64,000 bases of DNA from a virus, in IMG/VR virus record IMGVR_UViG_3300023174_002851, positions 6,801 through 70,800 of that record. One strand, given 5' to 3'. Each line of letters starts with the position of its first letter. Within the stretch, counting starts at the first letter, position 1. Under the pieces are notes generated by a model. The model ran no database searches, was not told where the DNA came from, and saw only the letters and a program-made list of their open reading frames with translations. A program made the translations under genes and the position numbers. Below are positions 30,001 through 40,194 of the stretch, piece by piece.

Positions 30001-30040
30001 TTGTAACAGAACTGCAATCTTTGTAGCACAATACTGCGAT
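30001..30040 (+). promoter_or_regulatory. Pho-box-like 11-bp-period direct repeats
   Basis: TTGTAAC (30001), CTGCAAT (30012), GTAGCAC (30023), CTGCGAT (30034). Confidence 0.45.
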
Positions 30041-30050
30041 AAATATTGGT

Positions 30051-30899
30051 ATGACGCCAAAAACTTATCGCAGTATTTTTATTTCAGACGTTCATCTAGG
30101 TACCCGCGATTGTAAGGCGGAACAGCTGAACAACTTTCTCAAACACAACACATGCGAAACACTCTACATGGTAGGGGACATCATCGACGCATGGCGTATA
30201 CAACAAAACAAATGGCGATGGAAACAGTCACATACTAATGTGGTCCGTAGGGTTATGGGGCATGCCAAACGTGGAACTCGTGTAGTTTACATTGCAGGCA
30301 ACCACGATGAATTTCTAAGACCACTGATGCCTTATGGTATTGGATTTGGTTTGATTGAAGTTTGTAATCAATATGAACATATCGGAGTAGACGGTAAACA
30401 TTATCTAGTTACTCACGGTGACTTGTTTGACGGTATTACTAGACTAGCACCTTGGATAGCGTTCCTTGGCGATAAGGCATATGACTTTGTGTTAGCACTC
30501 AATAGTAAATTTAACTGGCTACGTCACCGTATGGGATTTGGTTATTGGAGTTTAAGTAAGTATCTCAAAGGCCGTGTCAAGAAAGCAGTGGACTTTATGT
30601 TTCAGTTTGAAAAGAATCTAGCAACATATTGTAAGAAGCGTGGGTTCGATGGTGTTATCTGTGGTCATATACACCACGCAGAGATCAAGGATATAGACGG
30701 AATCATTTACATGAATGACGGCGACTGGGTTGAAAGTTGTACAGCACTTGTAGAACATTGGGACGGTCGTTGGGAAATAGTAACTTGGACCAAGGAGAGC
30801 GACAATGTGGTTATTGATAATACTGGCAATACACGTAAACGATCCAAAGGACAATCCGGGGAAAGTGACACTGGCATTTCCTACACAAATCGAATGTGA
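30051..30899 (+). CDS. LpxH-like/PlcP-family metallophosphoesterase
   Basis: ISDVHLG, GDIID, GNHD, THGD, CGHIH, NDGDWVES. Confidence 0.88.
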   Translation: MTPKTYRSIFISDVHLGTRDCKAEQLNNFLKHNTCETLYMVGDIIDAWRIQQNKWRWKQSHTNVVRRVMGHAKRGTRVVYIAGNHDEFLRPLMPYGIGFGLIEVCNQYEHIGVDGKHYLVTHGDLFDGITRLAPWIAFLGDKAYDFVLALNSKFNWLRHRMGFGYWSLSKYLKGRVKKAVDFMFQFEKNLATYCKKRGFDGVICGHIHHAEIKDIDGIIYMNDGDWVESCTALVEHWDGRWEIVTWTKESDNVVIDNTGNTRKRSKGQSGESDTGISYTNRM

Positions 30900-30978
30900 G
30901 AGAGCGCGATCAACTATGACTAGTTGGCTTAAATTTGAAAGTTTTAAGGTAGTAAGCGAATGCAAAAAACAATCCTAA
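30805..30978 (+). CDS. Small hypothetical protein (57 aa) overlapping the phosphoesterase tail
   Basis: SD AAGGAG; MWLLIILAIHVNDP...C...C. Confidence 0.5.
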   Translation: MWLLIILAIHVNDPKDNPGKVTLAFPTQIECERARSTMTSWLKFESFKVVSECKKQS

Positions 30979-31961
30979 TAGTAACAGACAACTTACCGGA
31001 GCAGATCAATGGCGTGGTTACGACCTACAAAAATATTGAGGAACACGCGATTCGCGATAACTATCGTGTTGTATATCTTGATCCCGGGAGGTTCCGCTAT
31101 GTTGATTGCCCTGGCTACAACGAAGTCAAGATTGCCTTTCCCAGGAAGGTGGGCAAGATACTTGAGGAGATCAATCCGGATCATATCCACATCGCCACAG
31201 AGGGTCCTGTTGGTCTGTGTGCTAGACAATATCTTGACAAACACGGTTATCGCTACAATACTGCTTATCATACTAAGTTTCCAGAAGGACTTAGAAAACT
31301 ATTTGGCATACCTGAAAGTATTACTTGGCCTTTAGTACGTTGGTTCCATAAGCACAGTGGTAAAGTGCTAACTACTACAGACACTATGGTCGAAGAATTA
31401 AAATCACACGGGTTTGATGGAGAAGTTATTCCCTGGACACGCGGTGTTGATCGTAGCATATTTTATCCTAATTCTGCACGAACTAGAACAAAACGTCCTA
31501 TTCTAGTATGTGTTAGCCGTGTAAGTAAAGAAAAGAATTTAGAAGCGTTCTTTGAAATGGAATATACAGGTGCCCGTAAAATTATGGTAGGCGACGGCCC
31601 TATGCTAGAAGAATACAAAGAGCGATATCCTAATGTAGAGTTTGTGGGAGCCAAGCGTGGTGTTGAGTTAGGCGACTACTATCGCATGGCAGATGTATTC
31701 GTGTTTCCGAGTCGTTGGGAAACATTCGGGTTGGTAATGATTGAAGCAATGGCGTGTGGTACCCCAGTCGCTGCCTATCCTGTTCAAGGCCCATTAGACG
31801 TAGTGGATGAAGGCGTTACTGGATGTATGAACGAAGATTTAAAACAAGCTACTAAAGACGCACTTATGCTAGACCGTACAAAAGTTTGGGAAGGTAGCAG
31901 TCGTTGGACTTGGGAACATGCTTGGGAAATATTTAAAGTAAATTTAATTACTATCAAATAA
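30960..31961 (+). CDS. GT4 glycosyltransferase (glycolipid synthase Agt-like)
   Basis: QINGVV, HIATEGP, YHTKFPE, SRVSKEKN, ETFGLVMIEAMACGTPV. Confidence 0.88.
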   Translation: MQKTILIVTDNLPEQINGVVTTYKNIEEHAIRDNYRVVYLDPGRFRYVDCPGYNEVKIAFPRKVGKILEEINPDHIHIATEGPVGLCARQYLDKHGYRYNTAYHTKFPEGLRKLFGIPESITWPLVRWFHKHSGKVLTTTDTMVEELKSHGFDGEVIPWTRGVDRSIFYPNSARTRTKRPILVCVSRVSKEKNLEAFFEMEYTGARKIMVGDGPMLEEYKERYPNVEFVGAKRGVELGDYYRMADVFVFPSRWETFGLVMIEAMACGTPVAAYPVQGPLDVVDEGVTGCMNEDLKQATKDALMLDRTKVWEGSSRWTWEHAWEIFKVNLITIK

Positions 31962-32048
31962 TGATTTTCAGTATGTGAAACACAATGTTTCTACCATATA
32001 ATAACGATACATACTAATGCAGTATGTTTTATTAAAAGGAGAACTACT

Positions 32049-32120
32049 ATGTGGACTACACCATCAGCACAAGAAATGCGTTTTGGTTTTGAAGTTACAA
32101 TGTACGTAATGAACAAGTAA
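32049..32120 (+). CDS. pqqA: PQQ precursor peptide PqqA (not in ORF track)
   Basis: SD AAGGAGA; MWTTPSAQEMRFGFEVTMYVMNK with ExxxY motif. Confidence 0.92.
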   Translation: MWTTPSAQEMRFGFEVTMYVMNK

Positions 32121-32134
32121 GATCCAAAATAGGC

Positions 32135-32163
32135 TTGACAACCTCTAAACTTTCTGTTATACT
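32135..32163 (+). promoter_or_regulatory. Sigma70-type promoter
   Basis: TTGACA-17-TATACT with extended TG. Confidence 0.7.
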
Positions 32164-32196
32164 AGTTCTATAGTTTAACAAGTTTGGAGGTTTCTT

Positions 32197-32592
32197 TTGA
32201 GTATGCACTTAGAAGGCCCGTGGCTTAGTACCACAGGCAAGAAGAAAACGAAACGTAAATTTGCAAGTGCGGAACACGCACGAAAGGCTAGAGAATTGGA
32301 CGAAAGTTGGAAAGAATTACTTAAACGACAAGGCATCGAATCCGAAGAGCGAAAGCGTACTCGAGGTTTAAGTGCTCCTAGTTTGAGCAGTTCATACAGT
32401 TTGAAAATACCAGAAGGCCGTAATACTACCGCTCATATTCCTAGTAGAGACACAGGTGGTAACGCAACCTTGAAACCTGCCAAAGTCTATACAGGTGATA
32501 AAGTTAAAGGCATTGCTACGATGCATAAATCAAACGCTGTCCCAGTCTTTTCAGACGAAGAAGCTGTTGATATCTCCAAAATGCGCCGATAA
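32197..32592 (+). CDS. Basic hypothetical phage protein
   Basis: C-terminal YTG..VKGIATMHKSNAVPV motif. Confidence 0.65.
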   Translation: MSMHLEGPWLSTTGKKKTKRKFASAEHARKARELDESWKELLKRQGIESEERKRTRGLSAPSLSSSYSLKIPEGRNTTAHIPSRDTGGNATLKPAKVYTGDKVKGIATMHKSNAVPVFSDEEAVDISKMRR

Positions 32593-32599
32593 TTACCTG

Positions 32600-32885
32600 T
32601 TTTCACCCATGAATCCAAAACAAGAACTATATATTACTACGTTTCGCAAAGAAACTAAGATAGTAGGTTTAGTTTGATGAGATTCATTTTATTAAACCCG
32701 CGAGTCTTGGCCAATGAGAAACCCGTTATTTCGGGAAGCCAGGCTTGCCAAAGGTACTGCATGAGTTATGAACATGCGGTGGCTGATGGAGAAGACGTCA
32801 CGAACTAAGGGTTCTGTTATTGAGCCTCGTGGAAGAAACTCCCTTTATGTAATGTGTTTGCAGTTTGAACACACCAAGTCAAAGG
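32600..32885 (+). ncRNA. Candidate structured 5' leader or ncRNA upstream of the cell-wall hydrolase
   Basis: 300-nt gap with at least five predicted stems. Confidence 0.4.
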
Positions 32886-32892
32886 AGACAAT

Positions 32893-33438
32893 ATGGAAAA
32901 GTTATTTAAATTGACCACCTATCTAGTTGGTCTAGTAGTAGTCTGCATTTTGGTACAAAGTGTCACTCAAGCCAAAATGGAAAAGCTACGCTCAAGTGGG
33001 CTCACTAACGCCCCAGATGTAGTATCAATTCAAACACGTGAACGCCAATTGGACTGTATGGCCATGAACATTTATCGCGAAGCCGGTCACGAACCCTTCG
33101 AAGGTAAAGTTGCCGTGGCACAAGTCACTATGAATCGAGTCAAAGACGGACGATTTGGTGATGATGTTTGCGGTGTTATCTACAAGAAAAGTGTTATAAT
33201 GGACAAGGTAGTATGCCAATTCTCATGGGCATGTGATTCCGCTGCCAAAACACGCCCAGTGAACAATGCGGCATATCAAGAAAGTTATGCTGTGGCTAAA
33301 AAAGTACTGTTAGAAGGATTTAAACTTGACATACTAAGAAGCGCACTGTATTATCATGCTAACTATGTGAATCCGCAATGGCCATTGGAAAAGATTGGCC
33401 AAATTGGAAATCATATTTTTTATAAACCAAAAAACTAA
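32893..33438 (+). CDS. SleB/Hydrolase_2 cell-wall hydrolase
   Basis: CMAMNIYREA, AVAQVTMNRV, CQFSW, YYHANYV, IGNHIFY. Confidence 0.9.
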   Translation: MEKLFKLTTYLVGLVVVCILVQSVTQAKMEKLRSSGLTNAPDVVSIQTRERQLDCMAMNIYREAGHEPFEGKVAVAQVTMNRVKDGRFGDDVCGVIYKKSVIMDKVVCQFSWACDSAAKTRPVNNAAYQESYAVAKKVLLEGFKLDILRSALYYHANYVNPQWPLEKIGQIGNHIFYKPKN

Positions 33439-33450
33439 GAAAGGCCTATT

Positions 33451-33759
33451 ATGAATTTTAATTTAGACATTACTCAAGTTAAAGAATTTGTTCAAAATAA
33501 AGTTTCTCATATTTCGGCAGAAACACTAGGATGGCTAGCAGTATTGATTCTACATGCCAGTACTATTCCTAGCCTGCTTGCTGTTATGAGCGGACTAACT
33601 GACCGACTACCAGGAGTTGATCTCGTTCTCCTAGTTTGGACAGGTCTTACATTATTGTTTGTCAAAGCCGCAGTCCAAAAAGACATGTTGAACATTGTTA
33701 CTATTGGATTTGGTTTTATTGTACAGGCCGTTTTAATGGCTTTGATCTTCTTTAAGTAA
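33451..33759 (+). CDS. Three-TM small membrane protein
   Basis: Three hydrophobic segments; directly follows the hydrolase. Confidence 0.65.
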   Translation: MNFNLDITQVKEFVQNKVSHISAETLGWLAVLILHASTIPSLLAVMSGLTDRLPGVDLVLLVWTGLTLLFVKAAVQKDMLNIVTIGFGFIVQAVLMALIFFK

Positions 33760-33776
33760 ATTGGTAGACATCACGG

Positions 33777-33805
33777 TTGACTTTGAGCAGCCGTGGTGCT
33801 ATACT
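33777..33805 (+). promoter_or_regulatory. Sigma70-type promoter
   Basis: TTGACT-17-TATACT. Confidence 0.65.
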
Positions 33806-33840
33806 AGTAATACTGTAACAACACACACAGAAAGGCAAAT

Positions 33841-34329
33841 ATGAAAAAGGCAATTTTAGTAGGTTTGATGGCAGCGGCGATTACAGGCTGTTCTTCGATG
33901 AAATCAATCGACGAGCGTAAAACTTATGCTCAACCTGATTGGTATCAAGACTGTGCGCAAAGTGGCACAGAAGGTTGGTTCTGGTGGAGCAAAGAGTATG
34001 CTTATGCTTGCGGTGCAGGTGAAAGTATTCATGCACAAGCGGCAGAAGAACAAATGTATGCTATTGCTATGAACAACTTTGCTAAACGTATCAACAGCGA
34101 AGTAAACAGTTCAACAGAAATCAATTTTGACAATGACAAGAAAACAACTAAGACTCGTATTTCATATCAAGTCAAGAACACAACAATTCGTGAACACTTG
34201 AATCGCGAAGTTGGACAATTTACAATGAATGGTCGTCATTATACTTTTGTTCGTTTGAAAATGCCTAAGGGTGTATTTGATCAATTGATTGCTGAAGCTA
34301 AAGCAGAGAAATTGGCAAAGGCACAATAA
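33841..34329 (+). CDS. Lipoprotein (LPP20-like)
   Basis: Lipobox ITGC; PDWY. Confidence 0.7.
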   Translation: MKKAILVGLMAAAITGCSSMKSIDERKTYAQPDWYQDCAQSGTEGWFWWSKEYAYACGAGESIHAQAAEEQMYAIAMNNFAKRINSEVNSSTEINFDNDKKTTKTRISYQVKNTTIREHLNREVGQFTMNGRHYTFVRLKMPKGVFDQLIAEAKAEKLAKAQ

Positions 34330-34682
34330 TGCATCCATACCGAGTTAAAGAATATATGTGGCTGGTGATCGTTCTCATGTTCACCGTTATAACATTCCTG
34401 TCTGGTTGTAGTTCTGCACCGAAGGTGGCAGCAAACAAACCGCAGTATTGTTATACTAGCCAAACTATTAAAACTCAAAATGGCGACACAGTGAATAGCG
34501 AAACTACCCTTGATTGTACAGACGATCAAATCAAACGCATTGCAATAAAGCGTATGGGTATGGCTCCGAACTGTGGCGAATTTACATATCGAATGATGAT
34601 CGGAGGAACCTATGTCCAGCAAAAAGGCATCAGTTGTCAAAAACTTGATGGTAGTTGGGAAATTGTCAATGCTTCTATGTAG
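34329..34682 (+). CDS. Lipoprotein
   Basis: Lipobox LSGC; C-terminal C..LDGSW. Confidence 0.65.
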   Translation: MHPYRVKEYMWLVIVLMFTVITFLSGCSSAPKVAANKPQYCYTSQTIKTQNGDTVNSETTLDCTDDQIKRIAIKRMGMAPNCGEFTYRMMIGGTYVQQKGISCQKLDGSWEIVNASM

Positions 34683-35037
34683 CACTTTGGTTGTGGCACA
34701 GGATATTTCTAATCCTAAATTTTTCGATTATCGATCTGGAGGGTTTGTCAATCAATTAGTTGATATGACGTTTGGTTGGTTTAAGACTTTGGATACGCAA
34801 CAAAAAATTGCCTATAACTCTGCATTGACTCATGCTATAATGTATGCAGAAAATGGTAAGGCAGTTCAATGGTATCAAGGGGATGCCAGTGGCGTTGCAG
34901 TGCCTGTAATGACTTGGCCGAGCAGTGATGGTTATTGTCGCAGGGTACATATCAGTGCTATTGCATATAATGTAGAAAAATCCATGGCGGCTACTGCATG
35001 TTACTCCGAAACAGAGAAACGCTGGCGATGGATATAA
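34612..35037 (+). CDS. Surface-antigen-like secreted protein (start uncertain)
   Basis: W...ASG...YCRR...ATAC...W pattern. Confidence 0.55.
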   Translation: MSSKKASVVKNLMVVGKLSMLLCSTLVVAQDISNPKFFDYRSGGFVNQLVDMTFGWFKTLDTQQKIAYNSALTHAIMYAENGKAVQWYQGDASGVAVPVMTWPSSDGYCRRVHISAIAYNVEKSMAATACYSETEKRWRWI

Positions 35038-35054
35038 CAAATAAATAATAGTTC

Positions 35055-36476
35055 ATGAAGATATATACTAGCGAAAAAATTATAGCATGGCTGGCATTAC
35101 TCAGCGGATTATCAATATCCGCTGTTGCCGTTTATTACTCAGTTGCAGGATTGGTTTCAATCTTTGCCGCCGCGGCCATCCCTATTATGATTATGGGGGT
35201 AGTTTTAGAACTTAGTAAATTGGTTGCCACTGTCTGGTTAAAAATCAATTGGACCAAAGCACCAAATCTTATTCGATCATACCTTATAGTAGCAATTACT
35301 ATTTTGATGATAATTACATCAATGGGTATTTTTGGGTACTTGTCAAAGGCACACCTTGACCAAGCAGTTCCTACGGGAGATGTCGTTGATCAAGTTGCTC
35401 TTATTGATGAGAAAATCAAAACTCAAAAGGAGAACGTTGATGCTTCTAGAAAAGCTCTTAAACAGATGGACGAAGCTGTTGATCAAGTTATGGCAAGGTC
35501 ATCAGACGAGAAAGGTGCAGACAAAGCGGCTAACCTACGCAGAAGTCAGCAAAAAGAAAGATCTCAACTCCAAAATGATATCGCTAAGGCCCAGAAAGAA
35601 ATTTCAGTTCTCAATAACGAGCGAGCACCGATCGCTAAAGAGTTGCGTAAAGTTGAAGCTGAAGTCGGTCCGATCAAATACATTGCTGCACTAATCTACG
35701 GAGACAACCCAGACTCTAGTCTATTAGAATCAGCAGTTCGTTGGGTGATCATTACAATTGTGATAGTGTTTGATCCTTTAGCAGTTATTCTATTGTTAGC
35801 TAGCCAATACAGTTTTATGTGGTTCCGTAAAGCTGAAGAAGATGACGAAGAAGCTGTAAACAAATGGTTCGAAGATGGCAAAGATCGTGCTCGTGAATTA
35901 GACAAAGAAGCTGCTGAGCAAGCGGAAGAAACCAAAAATACTGATTGGCCACCCGTTAGTTCTTTATGGCCGTTCCCTAGTGCATGGTCTAAGCCCGAAA
36001 CAGCAGTTGAAGAACCTGAAGTTGAATTGCCAGTTGAAGAACCAGTACCTGAACAAGAGTTAGAAGAAGCCGCTGAAGAATTTCATGATGACGAAGACGA
36101 CGAAGATGATTCGGAAGACACTGAAGAAATCAAAATAGCTAAACGTGATTGGAAACATGACAATCCGTTTGATAGTTTAAAACGTCAACGTAAATTATAT
36201 GACTCAGGTGCCATAACTAAACTTCCTTGGGAAGATTACATAAAACCTCAGGCTGATTTTACAGACGACGAAGCTGCTGAAGAAGCAGCCAAGTGGGCCC
36301 AAGAACAACTTGAAAAGAAAGCCTCCGAAGAGGAATCTAAAAAAAAAGATATTGACGTGGATGGAGAGGGAAGGCAAACAGCAGATAATTCGACAAGTGG
36401 AGAAGTAGGCTATACACAAAATGCCGAACAAAATCAAAGCACACTTTGGAATAAACTGCAACAGGCCAAAAACTAA
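35055..36476 (+). CDS. Membrane-anchored coiled-coil protein with acidic tail
   Basis: N-terminal TM helices, GIFGYLSKAH, EVGPIKY, VFDPLA. Confidence 0.7.
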   Translation: MKIYTSEKIIAWLALLSGLSISAVAVYYSVAGLVSIFAAAAIPIMIMGVVLELSKLVATVWLKINWTKAPNLIRSYLIVAITILMIITSMGIFGYLSKAHLDQAVPTGDVVDQVALIDEKIKTQKENVDASRKALKQMDEAVDQVMARSSDEKGADKAANLRRSQQKERSQLQNDIAKAQKEISVLNNERAPIAKELRKVEAEVGPIKYIAALIYGDNPDSSLLESAVRWVIITIVIVFDPLAVILLLASQYSFMWFRKAEEDDEEAVNKWFEDGKDRARELDKEAAEQAEETKNTDWPPVSSLWPFPSAWSKPETAVEEPEVELPVEEPVPEQELEEAAEEFHDDEDDEDDSEDTEEIKIAKRDWKHDNPFDSLKRQRKLYDSGAITKLPWEDYIKPQADFTDDEAAEEAAKWAQEQLEKKASEEESKKKDIDVDGEGRQTADNSTSGEVGYTQNAEQNQSTLWNKLQQAKN

Positions 36477-36859
36477 TGCATAGCCAAACACTTGTGGTAA
36501 CTCCGCCAGACGATGTGCTGTTAGATGGCATCCGTTTTTTACTATTTGATCTAACACCTGAACAAACACAAATTGTATCTGACAGTTTAAGAGATATCGA
36601 TTATCAAGAGCGCATTATCCTCTATCACTGCGACACCAGCAATGCCAACTGGATGTTTGACAAGAAGCTCAAATCCGATTTAATTATTTTTAATGCAGAA
36701 AGCTCAAATGAGCTTTTGGTTGGGTATTTGTCTGCACATGCAAATGCCCATTATATTGGCACACTCAGATCTTTAGATGCAGTAACGGGTCGTGCTATAT
36801 ATACTATAGATCAGTGCAAACAACTTTTAATGAACTGTATCGAAAACTATGAAATATGA
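36476..36859 (+). CDS. Hypothetical phage protein
   Basis: VTPPD motif; translationally coupled. Confidence 0.6.
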   Translation: MHSQTLVVTPPDDVLLDGIRFLLFDLTPEQTQIVSDSLRDIDYQERIILYHCDTSNANWMFDKKLKSDLIIFNAESSNELLVGYLSAHANAHYIGTLRSLDAVTGRAIYTIDQCKQLLMNCIENYEI

Positions 36860-37085
36860 CAACAAATTAAACGGCAGCAAGGTCACTGTAAAAGAAGGTG
36901 AGTACATTGATAAAGCCCTAAGACGCTTCAAGAAGAAAATTGAAGAAAGCGGTCTCATGGAAGATCTTCGCAAACGCGAACATTATATCAAGCCAACTAC
37001 CCTTCGCAAAACCAAAAAAGCTGCGGCTAAATCTCGTTGGGCCAAAAAGCTCAGAGAACAGCAATTACCTAAAAAAATGTATTGA
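36849..37085 (+). CDS. rpsU: Ribosomal protein bS21
   Basis: [11 protein letters not shown]...[10 protein letters not shown]. Confidence 0.9.
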   Translation: MKYDNKLNGSKVTVKEGEYIDKALRRFKKKIEESGLMEDLRKREHYIKPTTLRKTKKAAAKSRWAKKLREQQLPKKMY

Positions 37086-37110
37086 CATTACTCTAGTATT
37101 CTGTTATAAT
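37082..37110 (+). promoter_or_regulatory. Consensus sigma70 promoter
   Basis: TTGACA-17-TATAAT with extended TG. Confidence 0.8.
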
Positions 37111-37139
37111 GTATTATACACATTATAGAAAGAGAAGAA

Positions 37140-37721
37140 ATGCTAACTGACGTAATGATCGATTTAGAAACATTAGACGTACTTCCTACAGCCACAATCC
37201 TTACAATCGGAGCAGTTAAATTTGATCCGTTTGGTATGGACATTGAAGAACCATCCTGCCAAAAATTCTATGTAAAAGTTGACCTTGATAGTTGTGACCG
37301 CTACGGTGGCACAGTCAGTCAGTCAACTGTAGACTGGTGGGCTGGACAAAGCAAAGAAGCACAAGACGAAGCATTTAGCGCAGACGGCCGTATTCCAATT
37401 GAAGACGCTATGAACCAACTGTATAAATTTTGTTGGGGCGCCAAACGTGTTTGGAGTCACGGTGCAGGATTTGACGTTATTATCCTAGAACACTATTTCC
37501 GCAAGGTAGGCAAAGCTATTCCCTGGCAGTTCTGGGAAGTTCGCGACACTCGGACTATTTTTGATCTTGGTATCAATCCTAATCGTCCTCCTGTGTTAGC
37601 CCACCATGCTCTAGAAGATGCATGGAATCAAGCAGTAGGCGTACAAAATGTTCTTAGAGCATTGCGTAGTTCTACAAAATATGACGGAGGCATGATCCTC
37701 CCTTTTGCAAAGACTAATTAA
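37140..37721 (+). CDS. DEDDh 3'-5' exonuclease
   Basis: MIDLETL, WSHGAGFD, RDTRT, HHALEDA. Confidence 0.88.
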   Translation: MLTDVMIDLETLDVLPTATILTIGAVKFDPFGMDIEEPSCQKFYVKVDLDSCDRYGGTVSQSTVDWWAGQSKEAQDEAFSADGRIPIEDAMNQLYKFCWGAKRVWSHGAGFDVIILEHYFRKVGKAIPWQFWEVRDTRTIFDLGINPNRPPVLAHHALEDAWNQAVGVQNVLRALRSSTKYDGGMILPFAKTN

Positions 37722-37722
37722 A

Positions 37723-38007
37723 ATGGACTCACAAACTAAAGAAGTAATGGATATCCTCCAAGAAGAATGTGCTGAAGTAATTCAAGCGGTAAGTAAAATC
37801 AGCCGCTTTGGCCTGGATAATTTTAAACCAGGAAAACCCAAAACTAATAGGGAACACTTGGAAGAAGAACTAGGCGATATGATGGCCATGATTGATATTT
37901 TGCAAAGCATGGATATCGTTAGCTACACTAACATTGAACGTGCTCAAGAAGCCAAAATTGAAAAGCTAAAAAAGTGGTCAAATATTCAGAATTTAGAGAA
38001 TATTTGA
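37723..38007 (+). CDS. MazG-like NTP pyrophosphohydrolase
   Basis: QEECAEVIQA...EEELGD. Confidence 0.8.
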   Translation: MDSQTKEVMDILQEECAEVIQAVSKISRFGLDNFKPGKPKTNREHLEEELGDMMAMIDILQSMDIVSYTNIERAQEAKIEKLKKWSNIQNLENI

Positions 38008-38096
38008 TATAAATAAAATTTGTAGACTACACCAAAAGTGGGTAGTTTATAGAGCATAGTGCTCAAACTAGATCTTACTTTATAAGGAGATGACAC

Positions 38097-40007
38097 ATGT
38101 CAAAGATCATCGGTATTGACCTCGGCACCACCAACTCATGCGTGGCTGTTATCGAGAACGGAAAATCCAAAGTTATTGAAAACGCAGAAGGTGCAAGAAC
38201 TACACCTAGTATCGTTGCCTACGCAAACGACGAAGTGTTAGTTGGTGCTTCAGCAAAGCGTCAAGCAGTAACAAATCCAAAGAACACCATCTACGCAAGT
38301 AAGCGTTTGATTGGTCGTAAGTTTAAAGAACAAGCAGTACAAAAAGACATTGACCTAATGCCATACGAAATCATGGAAGCCGCTAATGGTGACGCATGGG
38401 TACGAGCAGTAGGCAAAGAATTAGCACCACCACAAATTTCAGCAGAAGTCCTTCGCAAGATGAAGAAGACCGCTGAAGACTATTTGGGTCACGATGTAAC
38501 ACAGGCTGTTATCACAGTTCCCGCATACTTCAACGACAGCCAACGTCAAGCTACTAAAGATGCTGGACAAATTGCTGGACTAGAAGTCTTACGTATTATC
38601 AATGAACCAACTGCGGCTGCATTGGCCTACGGTGTAGACAAAGATGAAAAAGCAGATCGTAAGATTGCGGTATACGACTTAGGTGGTGGTACATTCGACG
38701 TTTCCATCATTGAGATTGCCAACGTAGATGGCGACAAGCAAATTGAAGTGCTGTCCACAAACGGCGACACATTCTTAGGCGGTGAAGACTTTGACCAACG
38801 CATTATGGATCACTTGGTTGACGAGTTCAAGAAAGAAAGCGGTGTTGACCTCAAGAAAGACATGCTTGCTCTACAGCGTTTGAAAGACTCTGCTGAAAAG
38901 GCTAAAATTGAGTTGTCAAGTTCAACTCAAACAGAAGTCAATTTACCATACATCACAGCAGATGCAAGCGGACCAAAACACCTTGTGGTAAAACTAACAC
39001 GTAGTAAATTGGAAAGTCTTGTTGACGAACTAGTTCAGCGTTCATTAGAGCCATGCCGCATTGCTTTGAAAGATGCAGGCGTGAGTGCCTCTGACATTGA
39101 CGAAGTTATCTTGGTTGGCGGTCAAACACGTATGCCTAAGGTACAAGAAGCAGTTGAGAAATTGTTCGGTAAAGCACCACGTAAAGATGTCAACCCAGAC
39201 GAAGCTGTTGCTGTCGGTGCTGCCATTCAAGGTGCTGTTCTAGGCGGTGATCGCAATGACGTTCTATTATTAGACGTTACCCCACTATCATTGGGCATTG
39301 AAACACTAGGCGGTGTGATGACCAAGTTGATCAAGAAGAACACCACAATCCCAACTAAGGCTAGCCAAACATTCTCTACAGCAGAAGACAATCAGCCAGC
39401 TGTAACTATCAAAGCGTTCCAAGGTGAGCGTGAGCTTGTGCAGTATAACAAGTTGCTTGGCGAATTCAATCTTGAAGGTATTGCTCCGGCACCACGTGGA
39501 TTGCCGCAAGTTGAAGTTACCTTTGACATTGACGCTAACGGTATCATGCATATCAGCGCCAAAGATAAAGCCACTGGCAAAGAAAACAAAATCACAATTA
39601 AATCCAATAGCGGTTTAAGTGATGAAGAAGTACAACGCATGATTCGTGAAGCAGAAGAAAATGCTGAAGCTGACAAAAAGGCTCGCGAATTGATCGATGC
39701 TAGAAATAGTGCAGACGCACAGTTGCACTCTTTCAAGAAAGATCTAGAAGAGTTTGGCGATCAGATCACTGAAGAACAAAAAGCTGAAATTGAAGGTGCT
39801 ATCAAATCAGTCGAAGAAGCAGTAAGCGGCAACGATGCTGAAAGAATCACTGAAGAATTGAATAAAGCATATCCAGCAATGAAAGCATTGTTAGACAGGC
39901 GTTCAGAAGCAGAAGCTGCTAAACAACAAGCCGATGCTCAGCCAGAAGCCAAAGTAGACGACAATGTTGTCGATGCTACATTTACTGAAACAAAAGAGTC
40001 TAAGTAA
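38097..40007 (+). CDS. dnaK: Chaperone DnaK (Hsp70)
   Basis: [32 protein letters not shown]. Confidence 0.98.
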   Translation: MSKIIGIDLGTTNSCVAVIENGKSKVIENAEGARTTPSIVAYANDEVLVGASAKRQAVTNPKNTIYASKRLIGRKFKEQAVQKDIDLMPYEIMEAANGDAWVRAVGKELAPPQISAEVLRKMKKTAEDYLGHDVTQAVITVPAYFNDSQRQATKDAGQIAGLEVLRIINEPTAAALAYGVDKDEKADRKIAVYDLGGGTFDVSIIEIANVDGDKQIEVLSTNGDTFLGGEDFDQRIMDHLVDEFKKESGVDLKKDMLALQRLKDSAEKAKIELSSSTQTEVNLPYITADASGPKHLVVKLTRSKLESLVDELVQRSLEPCRIALKDAGVSASDIDEVILVGGQTRMPKVQEAVEKLFGKAPRKDVNPDEAVAVGAAIQGAVLGGDRNDVLLLDVTPLSLGIETLGGVMTKLIKKNTTIPTKASQTFSTAEDNQPAVTIKAFQGERELVQYNKLLGEFNLEGIAPAPRGLPQVEVTFDIDANGIMHISAKDKATGKENKITIKSNSGLSDEEVQRMIREAEENAEADKKARELIDARNSADAQLHSFKKDLEEFGDQITEEQKAEIEGAIKSVEEAVSGNDAERITEELNKAYPAMKALLDRRSEAEAAKQQADAQPEAKVDDNVVDATFTETKESK

Positions 40008-40008
40008 A

Positions 40009-40194
40009 ATGGCACACGAAGCTGGTAAAGGCAGTAAGCCTCGTCCTTTTAGCGTAAGTCAAAAAGAGTTCGATAACAGCTTTGAACGTATTTTTGGCAA
40101 CAAGAAAAAGACAGAGGCAGAAAGGTTCGACGACCAGGTCATTATGAAAGAAGAACATTATGATCTGGACGACGAAAAAAAGCAAGGTACCTAA
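40009..40194 (+). CDS. Small hypothetical phage protein
   Basis: GKGSKPRP...F...F.RIF. Confidence 0.55.
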   Translation: MAHEAGKGSKPRPFSVSQKEFDNSFERIFGNKKKTEAERFDDQVIMKEEHYDLDDEKKQGT

